The translations under genes and the position numbers were made by a program. Below the pieces are notes generated by a model. That model searched no databases and was not told the origin of the DNA. It worked only from the letters and a program-made list of their open reading frames with translations. Source: an uncultured Bifidobacteriales bacterium (GTDB lineage Bacteria; Fibrobacterota; Fibrobacteria; UBA11236). From it: a stretch of 48,112 nucleotides of DNA. Below, piece after piece: positions 1-8,803 of this stretch (its first letter is position 1; each line of letters starts with the position of its first letter). The stretch lies in assembly GCA_964401245.1 (NCBI GenBank), contig CAYNXV010000004.1, positions 1-48,112 of the forward strand, in the 5' to 3' direction.

Positions 1-78
1 GTCCAGAAATACGGGGGAAATCTGCGCAATCGCCACTTTTTTGAAATCGTTGCTTGCTATGGTGTGTTCTTTGTTCAT
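1..78 (-). CDS. Carbon-nitrogen hydrolase (nitrilase-family)-like protein, first 26 codons only; runs off the window
   Basis: The ATG at 78..76 shares one base with the TAA stop (80..78) of the upstream lipoprotein gene (TAATG coupling). It translates to MNKEHTIASNDFKKVAIAQISPVFLD. The KVAxxQxxPVFLD stretch resembles nitrilase/CN-hydrolase N-termini. Only 26 aa are visible. Confidence 0.35.
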   Translation of the reverse strand, partial: MNKEHTIASNDFKKVAIAQISPVFLD

Positions 79-737
79 TATTGTGCCACGGTTTGGGAGG
101 TGATCCTGGAAATGTTCGGATAGGGGATGGGGGTGAAGGGCCCTGGAGAAGGCCTGGAGTCCGGCATTTGGATCCTGAAAACGGTGTAGGATTTTGCCCC
201 GACCACCAGTTTTTGTGTCGGTAGTGCCGTCGTGGTCTTGAAGGTGCCCGATAGCCTAAGCGACCCCCTGCCGTTACCGTCCGCATCCACGACCCAGCCG
301 GCCTCGACTTTGTCGCCTTCGGCATCATCGCCCATGACCCGGTACATTCCCATCGATTCCGAAGAGGTGTCGGCAACGACCGTAAAGGCATACGCCTTAC
401 CCGAGGGAAGGGTGATATCGCCCTCGTATCGGCTTCCGGTAAAGGTGGCCGTCAGCTTGCCGCCTGTCTGGTTTTCCAGCGTGAAGTCGGCGGGGCGCTC
501 GATTGAGCTCCGAAACCATTCAGACACCTTCCGCTCGCCGTTGCAGAGATAGGCGAAAGCCACCGTGTCTCCCACCACGAGCGCCAGGAAGGCGTCGAGC
601 TCCGCGACTTGCCCGGTAAAGCCGTTTCTACCCTGCACGGCGGCAATTTCTGCGATCGTTGCGTCGGAGCCGCTATTCGTCGATTGCAGGCATGCCGTCA
701 TCGCCAGGGCCATCAGCAGGAGTGGTGTTCTTTTCAT
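78..737 (-). CDS. Hypothetical secreted lipoprotein
   Basis: 219-aa ORF. The N-terminus MKRTPLLLMALAMTAC has a signal peptide and a lipobox-like Cys. I recognised no family motif. Confidence 0.7.
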   Translation of the reverse strand: MKRTPLLLMALAMTACLQSTNSGSDATIAEIAAVQGRNGFTGQVAELDAFLALVVGDTVAFAYLCNGERKVSEWFRSSIERPADFTLENQTGGKLTATFTGSRYEGDITLPSGKAYAFTVVADTSSESMGMYRVMGDDAEGDKVEAGWVVDADGNGRGSLRLSGTFKTTTALPTQKLVVGAKSYTVFRIQMPDSRPSPGPFTPIPYPNISRITSQTVAQ

Positions 738-1156
738 GTTATTTCCTTTCCAAAAGATTGATGTTCAATCTGGGGTGGACCCCGATCATTGGACAAAAAA
801 TCGGTGTTTTTAAGCTAAGAAATCCGGTCATTGATTGATGATGAAATTGGAATTCTTGAACGATTTTTCGATGGTTTCGTGGGTCTCCTTTTCTGAAAAA
901 TAAACAGATGCCGGTGTTTTGTAATCCAACGCTTGATGGGGAGGGTGAAGTGCGACGGAAATATCGGTCCATTTTTAGAGAAGGAAACGTGGAAGGAGTT
1001 CTACATGCCCTTGTCGAGTAATATGGGGCTCTGGACTATATTCGTTGTGATAATCGAAAGCAGTTCATTTCCTAAGTGGTGCATTGGTGGGATCACCTTC
1101 GTGGAATTGAAATGGCCCATATATTCCCAGGCAAGCATTAACCAATCGCAGGCCCG

Positions 1157-1443
1157 CTAATTCAAATATTTTTCTTCAATCTTCTCAGTCGGGTCATAGG
1201 ACTTTCCGCTTTCGTGTATTAAAAATGTGTAATCGATCGAAAAGTCATTGTAGGTAAGGAGTGCGCCGATATTTCGAATCCAACCACTTCCTTTGCTGTC
1301 TTTGTGAAGGATATGTCCAGCTCCCCCAAAAATTTCAATACCACTTCCGTATGTTGAAAAACCGAAAACCAATTGAAACAAATAATCGCCAGTTTTTGTG
1401 GAAAAAAAAGCAACAATGACACCTTGATATAGCGGGAAGTCAT
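1157..1443 (-). pseudogene. Small hypothetical ORF broken at an A8/T8 homopolymer (frameshift or sequencing error)
   Basis: The ATG at 1443..1441 opens frame A (MTSRYIKVSLLLFF...). A startless, roughly 100-codon open frame B (..STKTGDYLFQLVFGFSTYGSGIEIFGGAGH..EKYLN*) runs from the LamG stop down to 1157. One extra base in the A8 run at 1402..1409 would join the ATG to frame B. No family recognised. Confidence 0.25.
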
Positions 1444-1465
1444 TGCCCCTGTTTGCTATTATGAT

Positions 1466-2305
1466 TCACCGAGTCCTAAAAGTTGAAAGTGGGCGGCTGT
1501 CTTTGAACATCCGGCCATTGGCATCACGGAGGCCCGTTCTGGAAAATATTCCTCCTGCTGGTGACGGAAGGCCTTCGGGACGGACAAAACCTATTATAGC
1601 GGAGGTATTGTTCTTATCCATCCACTCCCGCACCTGGGGCGCCGTGAGTTCTTCCCCGAACAGCCGAAATTCGTCCAACTTTCCATCATAAGCCCTTGGA
1701 TCCTTCAGGTCGCTTCGATGCCCCAGGATGATGTTGCCCTCAGGATCCAACGGGTCACCAGTCTGGTTGGGATTTTCACCTTTCAGCTCTCCGTCGATAT
1801 AGACCCGAAGCCCATTGACTCCCACAGTTACCGCGTAGTGATGCCACAGGCCATCGTAATGGGCCTCCTCGGGCGGCATGTCCAGGATATTGCCGGTATC
1901 ATTTTGATCCATGATATTGGTTCTAAGGGTTGTCAGCGGGGAGAAATAGACGTGGGTGCTGTTGGGTTCATAAATGGTCCCGTGGCTGAATATGTACCGG
2001 TACTGAGAGGTGTCCGGAGCGTCTACACTGTACCAGAACATCAGGCTGTAGGAACCGTCCGAACCATAATCGAAATCTTCCACGGCGAAATGCCCGCCGG
2101 TCCCGTCGAATTGAGCAGCCAGGCCGAATCGGCCCGCCACCCAAAGGCTTCCCTAATCGGCAAAATTACGGATTTCGGTGGAGATGTTTTTACCGGAAAC
2201 CTCTTCCACGTTTCCATCCAGGGGCCAATACGCCAACAGCTCTGCCGGGGTTCCAGGCGTCCATAGGCACAAACACACTACCGTTGCGATCCATCTTGGT
2301 GACAT
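1466..2305 (-). pseudogene. LamG / concanavalin-A-like lectin domain secreted protein, interrupted by an in-frame amber codon
   Basis: Collinear with, and the same length (840 nt) as, the intact paralog at 6846..7685. The ATG is at 2305..2303. Codon 51 is TAG (2155..2153) where the paralog has CAG (Gln). The ORF track only reports the downstream 224-aa piece (1466..2140). Confidence 0.75.
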
Positions 2306-2366
2306 ATGTCTATGAATTTAGCAACCGATCCAAACCCGATAGGATCATGATGCGTCTATTGAAGGA
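1466..2366. repeat. Direct repeat copy A (LamG gene plus about 60 nt upstream); partner at 6846..7746, offset 5380 nt
   Basis: Line-by-line comparison shows 1698..2080 is identical to 7078..7460 (383 nt with no mismatches). The flanks at 1469..1697 and 2081..2366 carry many substitutions. Homology resumes at 2411..2568 versus 8801..8958. Confidence 0.9.
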
Positions 2367-2413
2367 GAGAGACAAATTGTCACTCCCCTTTCTATGCAGA
2401 TTATGGGAGACTT

Positions 2414-2674
2414 TTAATCCCGGTACACTTCTCGTCTATGTGCAATCCGAATCACGATGACCACCAAGACCCCATCATAGATTTCATACACAATCCGGTA
2501 TTCGCCAACCCGGATACGAAAGGCGTTTTTTGCGCCCGATAATTTCTTGCACCCGATGGGGCGGGGATCCGTCACCAGCCCGTCGATTGCTTTGAAAATC
2601 CGCGCTTGCAAAGTTGATGAAAGAGCTGCCAGTTCCTTTTCGGCACTTCGTTGAATTTCGATCCGGTAAGCCAA
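2414..2674 (-). CDS. relE: Type II toxin, RelE/ParE family
   Basis: 86 aa: MAYRIEIQRSAEKELAAL...FRIRVGEYRIVYEIYDGVLVVIVIRIAHRREVY. This is the typical RelE/ParE pattern. It starts immediately after the antitoxin stop (2674/2675). Confidence 0.85.
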   Translation of the reverse strand: MAYRIEIQRSAEKELAALSSTLQARIFKAIDGLVTDPRPIGCKKLSGAKNAFRIRVGEYRIVYEIYDGVLVVIVIRIAHRREVYRD

Positions 2675-2953
2675 TCAGGCCGCCCGCGCCTTTTTCTTGG
2701 TACTTCCGGTCAAAGTCTTCTTCACGGATTCCCAGGGACGGGAAGGTTCGCCCCGACGAGCCTCGATCGCTTGCAAGTCGGCCTTGTCTTCCATTCGCTC
2801 CCATTCTTCCAGGGCCTTTAAAGCTTCAATAGGGATGATCGCGCAAGCAGGCTTTCCGTGTTTTTCAACCACAATCCGCTCTTTGCCGTATGAGGCCCGG
2901 CTCACCAGGTCGGCCAAATCCTTCCGCGCTTGTGCCACTGATACTCTGGACAT
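2675..2953 (-). CDS. Type II antitoxin, Phd/YefM family
   Basis: 92 aa: MSRVSVAQARKDLADLVSRASYGKERIVVEKHGKPACAIIPIEALKALE. This is a Phd/YefM-type N-terminal fold signature. It lies directly upstream of the relE-like gene. Confidence 0.85.
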   Translation of the reverse strand: MSRVSVAQARKDLADLVSRASYGKERIVVEKHGKPACAIIPIEALKALEEWERMEDKADLQAIEARRGEPSRPWESVKKTLTGSTKKKARAA

Positions 2954-2966
2954 ATTCCCCCCTGGT

Positions 2967-3008
2967 CATTATAATGGCATATTTTACAAAAGTCTAATTA
3001 TGTACATA
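2967..3008 (-). promoter_or_regulatory. Putative promoter/operator of the phd-relE operon
   Basis: Two perfect 10-bp palindromes lie just upstream of the phd start. CATTATAATG (2967..2976) contains TATAAT. TATGTACATA is at 2999..3008. Autoregulated TA operons typically carry such operators. Confidence 0.4.
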
Positions 3009-3265
3009 TTATACGTTTTGTGGGCGAAATGCGCAACGTATGGCGCAACGGCGGCGTTTTTCAGCTTAATAATCAGGAAATCTGGGAATATTCAGTCTGG
3101 TTAATTTTGTTTGCCCTTGGCCGTATAGCCTCTATATTCGCACGATTGGGTTCAATCCGTAGAAATTTGCTCAATATTCCAAAATGGGAATTGGCAGTAT
3201 AAATTTGCCTGATTATAGTCAATTGGATATAATTTTAGGAGGGTATCTGGACAAGAAAGTTTCTA

Positions 3266-3610
3266 GTGGGGCCAATGAAGATGAAGAGAAACCCAATGAA
3301 AAAGACTAAATCAACAAAAAGCAGTGGGAATGTTTTTACTGACCTTGGGTTAGAGGATGCGAAGGAGCATAAGCTTAGAGTTAAACTGGCAGTTCGATTA
3401 CTTCAGAAAATCGAGTCGCAGAGTTTGACTCAAGCCAAAGCCGCAGCTATTCTCGAGATTACTCAACCCGATTTATCCAGGATAAAAAATGCAAAACTAA
3501 ACCATTTTAGTTCGGACCGACTGATTCGCTTGCTTGATAAAATCGGATTGGATGTCTCATTTACAATAACGGATAGGGTAACAAAGAAGGCCGAGACAAT
3601 CTTTGTTTAA
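3266..3610 (+). CDS. XRE-family helix-turn-helix protein (HTH_37 / antitoxin-like), no adjacent toxin
   Basis: GNVFTDLGLEDAKEHKLRVKLA...SLTQAKAAAILEITQPDLSRIKNAKLNHFSSDRLIRLLDKIGLDV matches the XRE antitoxin-type HTH pattern. The true start may be one of the ATGs at Met4, Met6 or Met11 of the ORF. An AGGAGGG Shine-Dalgarno (SD) sequence lies at 3237..3243. Confidence 0.75.
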   Translation: MGPMKMKRNPMKKTKSTKSSGNVFTDLGLEDAKEHKLRVKLAVRLLQKIESQSLTQAKAAAILEITQPDLSRIKNAKLNHFSSDRLIRLLDKIGLDVSFTITDRVTKKAETIFV

Positions 3611-3671
3611 CAAGTACCGCGGTGGCTTCCACATCCAGTTCTCGCATCAGCATGTTAAAGGGGCCTATTTA

Positions 3672-6086
3672 TTATAGCCTCGCTCTCTTCAACCGCAGCG
3701 AATTTCCGATAACCGAAACTGAACTCAGGCTCATGGCTGCCGCGGCGTAAATGGGACTCAATAACAAGCCGGTGAAGGGATAAAGCAAACCCGCTGCGAT
3801 GGGAACCCCGGCGGCATTATATACGAATGCGAAAAAAAGGTTCTGTCTGATATTCCGGATTGTGGCCCTGCTCAGTATTCGGGCGCGAACAATACCGTTC
3901 AAATCCCCTTTTACCAGGGTCACCCCCGCGCTTTGCATGGCAACATCGGTTCCGGTGCCCATGGCGATACCCACGTCAGCCTGGGCCAATGCGGGCGCGT
4001 CGTTCACACCATCGCCGGCCATGGCCACCGTTTTCCCCTCGGCTTGGAGCCGCTTGATCGCTTCCACCTTCTGGTTGGGAAGCACTTCCGCAATGACCTC
4101 ATCCAAGCCCAATTGCCGGGCCACGGCATCCGCAGTCGTTTTATTGTCTCCTGTCAGCATGATGATTCGGAGTCCCTCCGAGTGGAGCTTCCGGATGGCA
4201 TCCGGTGTCGAAGCTTTAATGGGGTCGGCCACGGCAAGCAGACCCGCCACTTGTTGGTTGGCTGCAACGTACATGACGGTTTGACCTTCCCTTCGAAGCT
4301 CATCCGCCCTTTTAGGCCAACTTTCCAGGGAAATCCCTAGTTCTTCCATCAATGCGCTATTTCCCAAGGCGATATCCTTGCCGTCAACCGTACCCTTGAC
4401 ACCTTTGCCGGTGATGGAAGAGAATCCCTCCACCTTGGGAATGGCCCATCCTTTTTCCTTCGCTCCTGCGATGATGGCAGCTGCCAAGGGATGCTCGCTT
4501 CCTTGTTCCAATCCCGCGGCGAGACGGACTATGTCCTCCTCTTTCCAATCGTTGGCCTTTACCACGCCCACGAGTTTGGGTTTTCCCTCGGTAAGGGTTC
4601 CGGTTTTGTCCACGACCAAGGTGTCCACTTTGCGGAAAACTTCGATGGCCTCGGCGTTCCGGAACAATACCCCGGCCATGGCTCCCTTTCCGGTTGCGAC
4701 CATGATGGACATGGGCGTGGCCAATCCCAAAGCGCAAGGACAGGCGATGATGAGAACCGCTATCGCATTGATCAGGGCATAAGCCAAAGCGGGCTGAGGC
4801 CCCCAAATGGACCAGACGATAAAGGTCAGGATGGAGATCAATACGACGGCGGGGACGAAATAGGAGGAAACTTGATCGGCCAACCGCTGAATCGGTGCCC
4901 GGGTACGCTGGGCTTCGGCGACCATCTGGACGATTTGGGAAAGCAAGGTGTCCGCGCCCACCTTTTCGGCGCGTAGGATTAACGATCCGGTTCCATTCAA
5001 CGTTGCACCGATGATCTTGTCACCGGGTTTTTTCTCAACGGGAATAGGCTCGCCGGTCATCATGGATTCATCCACCGAGCTTGTCCCATCCAAGACCAAC
5101 CCATCTACCGGGACTTTTTCGCCGGGCCTTACCCGTAATTTCTCACCGGGTTGAATATCGGCAAGCGGCACTTCTTCTTCGACCCCATCCTCCCGAATCC
5201 GCCGGGCTGTTTTCGGGGACAGGCCCAAAAGCGCTTTGATTGCCTCACCGGTACGGCTCCGGGCGCTGAGTTCCATGACTTGGCCCAAAAGGACCAAGGT
5301 GACGATAACGGCGGCGGCTTCAAAGTAAAGCCCCACCTGGCCATGCTCATCCTTGAACGCATCCGGGAAGAACGTTGGAAAAAGGGCGGCAGCCACACTA
5401 TAGGCATACGCAACGCCCGTGCCCAGAGCGATAAGCGTGAACATATTCGGGCTCCGGTTTCGGATCGATTGCCACCCCCTGACGAAAAAGGGCCATCCAC
5501 CCCACAGTACCACCGGGGTTGCGAGCAATAGTTCAATCCAGCGCTGGGAGTTCATGAGAAGGGTTTCAAAGGGGCGACTCGGTATTAGATGACCCATGGC
5601 GATAATCACCAAGGGAATACTCAATCCGAGGCTTACCCAGAAGCGCCGCAGCATATCCTTGAGTTCGTGGTTTTCCTCTTCCTTGAGAGAAATAGTCAGA
5701 GGCTCCAAGGCCATGCCGCATAGGGGGCACGAACCAGGACCGTTTTGGCGGACCTCCGGGTGCATGGGGCAGGTATAAATGCGCGAGTCCGCCTTATCCA
5801 TGGAATGATTATGCACATTCGCAGACTGCATGCTGTTTGAGGCCGGATTGACAGTAGGGTGGGGTGGACGGGGCGCCGCCGCCGGTTTGGCAAAAGTTTC
5901 CGGTTCTGCGTCGAACTTTTTTTTGCAGCTGAGTCCGCAAAAATACCAGGTTTCACCTCCGAATTCGGTTTTGCCTGCGGCATTTTTCGGGTTGATTGTC
6001 ATACCACAGATGGGATCCTTGACTGACGGTGGGGTGCAGTGCTGGCCTGGTGCATCTGTATGGCTTCCGTGAATATTGGCGTTCAT
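3672..6086 (-). CDS. copA: Copper(I)-translocating P1B-type ATPase with N-terminal YHS/TRASH and CPMHP metal-binding modules
   Basis: Motifs seen: DPICGM...[11 protein letters not shown] (YHS/TRASH), YTCPMHPEV...[15 protein letters not shown] ([12 protein letters not shown]), [17 protein letters not shown] and MSLSS in the last TMs. The ORF track starts at a TTG (6092); the ATG at 6086 is more likely. Confidence 0.95.
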   Translation of the reverse strand: MNANIHGSHTDAPGQHCTPPSVKDPICGMTINPKNAAGKTEFGGETWYFCGLSCKKKFDAEPETFAKPAAAPRPPHPTVNPASNSMQSANVHNHSMDKADSRIYTCPMHPEVRQNGPGSCPLCGMALEPLTISLKEEENHELKDMLRRFWVSLGLSIPLVIIAMGHLIPSRPFETLLMNSQRWIELLLATPVVLWGGWPFFVRGWQSIRNRSPNMFTLIALGTGVAYAYSVAAALFPTFFPDAFKDEHGQVGLYFEAAAVIVTLVLLGQVMELSARSRTGEAIKALLGLSPKTARRIREDGVEEEVPLADIQPGEKLRVRPGEKVPVDGLVLDGTSSVDESMMTGEPIPVEKKPGDKIIGATLNGTGSLILRAEKVGADTLLSQIVQMVAEAQRTRAPIQRLADQVSSYFVPAVVLISILTFIVWSIWGPQPALAYALINAIAVLIIACPCALGLATPMSIMVATGKGAMAGVLFRNAEAIEVFRKVDTLVVDKTGTLTEGKPKLVGVVKANDWKEEDIVRLAAGLEQGSEHPLAAAIIAGAKEKGWAIPKVEGFSSITGKGVKGTVDGKDIALGNSALMEELGISLESWPKRADELRREGQTVMYVAANQQVAGLLAVADPIKASTPDAIRKLHSEGLRIIMLTGDNKTTADAVARQLGLDEVIAEVLPNQKVEAIKRLQAEGKTVAMAGDGVNDAPALAQADVGIAMGTGTDVAMQSAGVTLVKGDLNGIVRARILSRATIRNIRQNLFFAFVYNAAGVPIAAGLLYPFTGLLLSPIYAAAAMSLSSVSVIGNSLRLKRARL

Positions 6087-6149
6087 TGTCAATCCTTCGT
6101 TGAACCCGCGGTATTCGGGTTATTAACCTTAAGACGGAAACCAGGGCAA

Positions 6150-6341
6150 AACCTTACAGGGCTCTCGCTGACAGAAAGAATAGGTATTGCCGGGGATACT
6201 CCAGTCTACCAGTTTCATTGCCCAATGGCTAATAACAACAAAGGGGCTGATTGGCTTCAGAAGGAGTCTGACTTGGCCAATCCTTATTTCGGGGAAGCCA
6301 TGCTGACCTGCGGAAAACTTGTCCGAAAATTGAAAACCTAG
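6150..6341 (+). pseudogene. Relic of the C-terminus of a DUF3347-like metal-associated protein
   Basis: It ends ...VYQFHCPMANNNKGADWLQKESDLANPYFGEAMLTCGKLV*. From memory, CPMxxNxKGAxWL...NPYFGxxMLxCG is the conserved C-terminal signature of DUF3347 proteins found next to copper ATPases. There is no room for the N-terminal part, because the frame runs into the copA start. Confidence 0.4.
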
Positions 6342-6396
6342 CTCTTCGCCCGGCAATCACGCCCAACTGACCATTGCGAAGAATTCTGGCCGGGTA

Positions 6397-6458
6397 GACG
6401 ACGATACCCGGATAAGTAGACTGAACAACCGGGGTCGACTTATCCGGGTATCGTCGCC
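6397..6458. terminator. Long hairpin between convergent genes (likely bidirectional terminator)
   Basis: CGACGATACCCGGATAAGT (6399..6417) pairs perfectly with ACTTATCCGGGTATCGTCG (6438..6456). This gives a 19-bp stem and a 20-nt loop. A T-run follows at 6466..6470. Confidence 0.6.
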
Positions 6459-6468
6459 GTGCCGATTT

Positions 6469-6681
6469 TTACTTCGACTGAGTTTCGATTTTTACTTTGA
6501 ATCCGTCTTCGGATCCTTCAAGTTGGACTTTGGATTCGGGAGGAGTTGGAGCGGATTGTGCTGCGGCGGGTTGTTCCTTGATTACCTGGGGCGCTGGTGA
6601 GGCGGAGTCCTTGCTGGAGCATCCGGCGATAAAGAATACGGGTATCATAATGGCGAGGGTTTTGATTATTGAAGATTTCAT
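6469..6681 (-). CDS. Small lipoprotein, hypothetical
   Basis: Internal ATG at 6681 preceded by AGGAA. MKSSIIKTLAIMIPVFFIAGCSS carries a lipobox. The mature part is Pro/Ala/Gln-rich. The longer ORF-track start (6777) lacks support. Confidence 0.6.
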   Translation of the reverse strand: MKSSIIKTLAIMIPVFFIAGCSSKDSASPAPQVIKEQPAAAQSAPTPPESKVQLEGSEDGFKVKIETQSK

Positions 6682-6845
6682 ACGTTCCTGACCTTGGATT
6701 AGGAACTGACAGTAGTTCCAGATTTCGGATATGGAACAAATAATAAGCCACAAAAGAAGGCTAAGGAATCGTACCAAAGGATGAAAAAAGGATTAATCCT
6801 CTTTTTGATGCTTTAGCAGCCTGCCCTTTTTCGCGGTGGGTCTAT

Positions 6846-7685
6846 TTACGGAGTCCTAAAGAATGAAAGTCGGCGGCCGTCTTTGAACATCCTGCCATTG
6901 GCATCACGGTAGCTCGTTCCGAATAATTGTCTTCCGGCAGTTGACGGAAGACCTTTGGGACGGGCAAAACCTATTAGAGCGGAGGTATTGTTTGTATTCA
7001 TCCACTCCCGCACCTGGGGCGCCGTGAGCTCTTCCCCGAATATCCGTAATTCATCCAACTTTCCGTTATAAGCTCTCGGATCCTTCAGGTCGCTTCGATG
7101 CCCCAGGATGATGTTGCCCTCAGGATCCAACGGGTCACCAGTCTGGTTGGGATTTTCACCTTTCAGCTCTCCGTCGATATAGACCCGAAGCCCATTGACT
7201 CCCACAGTTACCGCGTAGTGATGCCACAGGCCATCGTAATGGGCCTCCTCGGGCGGCATGTCCAGGATATTGCCGGTATCATTTTGATCCATGATATTGG
7301 TTCTAAGGGTTGTCAGCGGGGAGAAATAGACGTGGGTGCTGTTGGGTTCATAAATGGTCCCGTGGCTGAATATGTACCGGTACTGAGAGGTGTCCGGAGC
7401 GTCTACACTGTACCAGAACATCAGGCTGTAGGAACCGTCCGAACCATAATCGAAATCTTCAACGACGAAATGTCCGCCGGTGCCGTCGAATTGAGCAGCC
7501 TGGCCGAATCGGCCTTCCACCCAAAGGCTTCGCTGATCGGCAAAATTCCGGATTTCGGTGGAGATATTTCTACCGGAAACTTCTTCCACGTTACCATCCA
7601 GGGGCCAATACGCCAACAGCTCTGCCGGGGTTGCGGGCGTCCATAGGCACAAACACACTACCGTTGCAATGAATCTTGGTGACAT
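6846..7685 (-). CDS. LamG / concanavalin-A-like lectin domain secreted protein (intact paralog)
   Basis: 279 aa with signal peptide MSPRFIATVVCLCLWTPATPA, followed by LLAYWPLDGN...GQAAQFDGTGGHFVV...SLMFWY...WHHYAVTV...LRVYIDGEL...LGHRSD...YNGKLDELRIF. This is the typical Laminin_G_3 pattern. Confidence 0.85.
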   Translation of the reverse strand: MSPRFIATVVCLCLWTPATPAELLAYWPLDGNVEEVSGRNISTEIRNFADQRSLWVEGRFGQAAQFDGTGGHFVVEDFDYGSDGSYSLMFWYSVDAPDTSQYRYIFSHGTIYEPNSTHVYFSPLTTLRTNIMDQNDTGNILDMPPEEAHYDGLWHHYAVTVGVNGLRVYIDGELKGENPNQTGDPLDPEGNIILGHRSDLKDPRAYNGKLDELRIFGEELTAPQVREWMNTNNTSALIGFARPKGLPSTAGRQLFGTSYRDANGRMFKDGRRLSFFRTP

Positions 7686-7746
7686 ATGCCAATGAATATA
7701 GCAACCGTTCCTGACCCGATAGGATCGTGATGCGTCTATTGAAGGA
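6846..7746. repeat. Direct repeat copy B (partner of 1466..2366)
   Basis: See copy A. It is in the same orientation with an offset of exactly 5380 nt across the LamG gene. Confidence 0.9.
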
Positions 7747-8060
7747 TTCCCTGCAAGACGAGCTCAAGACTACATCAATGGGTTTTCCTAGGTATCATTT
7801 TTTGGAATTTTCTGCAGGGACAAAATCTGTCTCCTAATTTCCCTATGTTAAAAAAGTTTTGATCTGTGAATTGGAATGCCATTAATTCTTAGGATAGCCG
7901 GATTTTCATGCAATGCCGCAAATTTTGCCTAATTTACCCAGATAGATTAGGGATTCAGCACCCAGTAGGTGTCAAATCCATTCCCTTGTTGGGTGGCACG
8001 TGCGCGTGTGGCCTCACTATCCAGAAGGCGTTCCGCGAGGACTGTAAAACCTCTAAAAAA

Positions 8061-8104
8061 TGTGTACACAAGTGATACACAATCCCCTCCAAAAGAGGTA
8101 TACT
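8061..8104 (+). promoter_or_regulatory. Putative operator plus -10 element of the antitoxin-PIN operon
   Basis: A perfect palindrome TGTGTACACA (8061..8070) is followed by the half-site repeat TGATACACA (8073..8081) and TATACT (8099..8104). A GGAGGGG SD sequence precedes the ATG at 8127. Confidence 0.4.
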
Positions 8105-8126
8105 ATAAGAAAAGGCCGGAGGGGCT

Positions 8127-8396
8127 ATGAAACAGATGATCTCAATACGGGAGTTTCGCGGCGAGCTTGCGGACGTCCTGGACGGAAAAAAGCCAATCCT
8201 TCTCACCAGCCATGGCCACGCCAAAGCTATGATATACCCGTTAGAGGCGGGTGCCGAGGTGCCGATGGAAGTGAAGCGCGATGCGTTTCGGATATTGGCC
8301 CAGCAGATCTCCAAGAAAACCGCCGATATCGACGAAGAAGAAATGTTGAGGGACTTTGACGCCTGGCGTAAGCAGCGTCGTCGTAGCAGACGCTAA
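8127..8396 (+). CDS. Type II antitoxin, Phd/YefM-like (partner of the PIN toxin)
   Basis: 89 aa: MKQMISIREFRGELADVLDGKKPILLTSHGHAKAMIYPLE, followed by an acidic/basic tail. It overlaps the downstream PIN gene. Confidence 0.75.
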   Translation: MKQMISIREFRGELADVLDGKKPILLTSHGHAKAMIYPLEAGAEVPMEVKRDAFRILAQQISKKTADIDEEEMLRDFDAWRKQRRRSRR

Positions 8397-8772
8397 CGTT
8401 CTTCTTTCGGCCATTGCGGGTCGCGCAGCAAGCCGGGTGCTGTATTCCGGGCTTGAAATCCATACCACGGAATATACCTGGGAGGAGGTGAAGGAATATG
8501 TGCCCATCTTTCAAGTACGCTATAAAAAGACCATTGAGGAAATGGAAATGGCGCTTCAAGCGGCCCCAATTCGTATCCACAAGCGGAAATCGTACGTCGA
8601 TAAACTTTTAAATGCAAAGCGTATCATTGCGGATAAAGATCCTGATGATGTGGATCTATTGGCATTGGCCCTTAAGTTGGAAACTCCAATTTGGAGCAAC
8701 GATAATCATTTCAAAGATCTTCCCCTTAAACGCTACACGACTGCGGAGCTTCTAAAAGCCCTGGGCATGTGA
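8356..8772 (+). CDS. PIN-domain toxin (VapC-like ribonuclease)
   Basis: VVVADANVLLSAI...EYTWEEV...DKDPDDVDLLALALKLETPIWSNDNHF shows the conserved acidic PIN residues. The start is a TTG at 8356, overlapping the antitoxin by 41 nt, so the exact start is uncertain. Confidence 0.8.
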   Translation: MTPGVSSVVVADANVLLSAIAGRAASRVLYSGLEIHTTEYTWEEVKEYVPIFQVRYKKTIEEMEMALQAAPIRIHKRKSYVDKLLNAKRIIADKDPDDVDLLALALKLETPIWSNDNHFKDLPLKRYTTAELLKALGM

Positions 8773-8803
8773 TTTTTCATCCCACAGGTGGCGGGGGTGG
8801 CTT

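Noticed and set aside
3020-3202. A 60-aa ORF upstream of the XRE gene, considered as its missing toxin partner.
   Set aside because: It has no RelE/Gp49-like motifs and a hydrophobic low-complexity sequence. It has no SD sequence and lies in an AT-rich promoter-like region.
1466-7746. Possibility that the LamG repeats are a diversity-generating retroelement (template/variable repeat pair).
   Set aside because: There is no reverse transcriptase in the window. The differences are not restricted to adenine positions. The most central 383 nt are identical rather than hypervariable, and the repeats are whole genes rather than 100-150-nt 3-prime segments.
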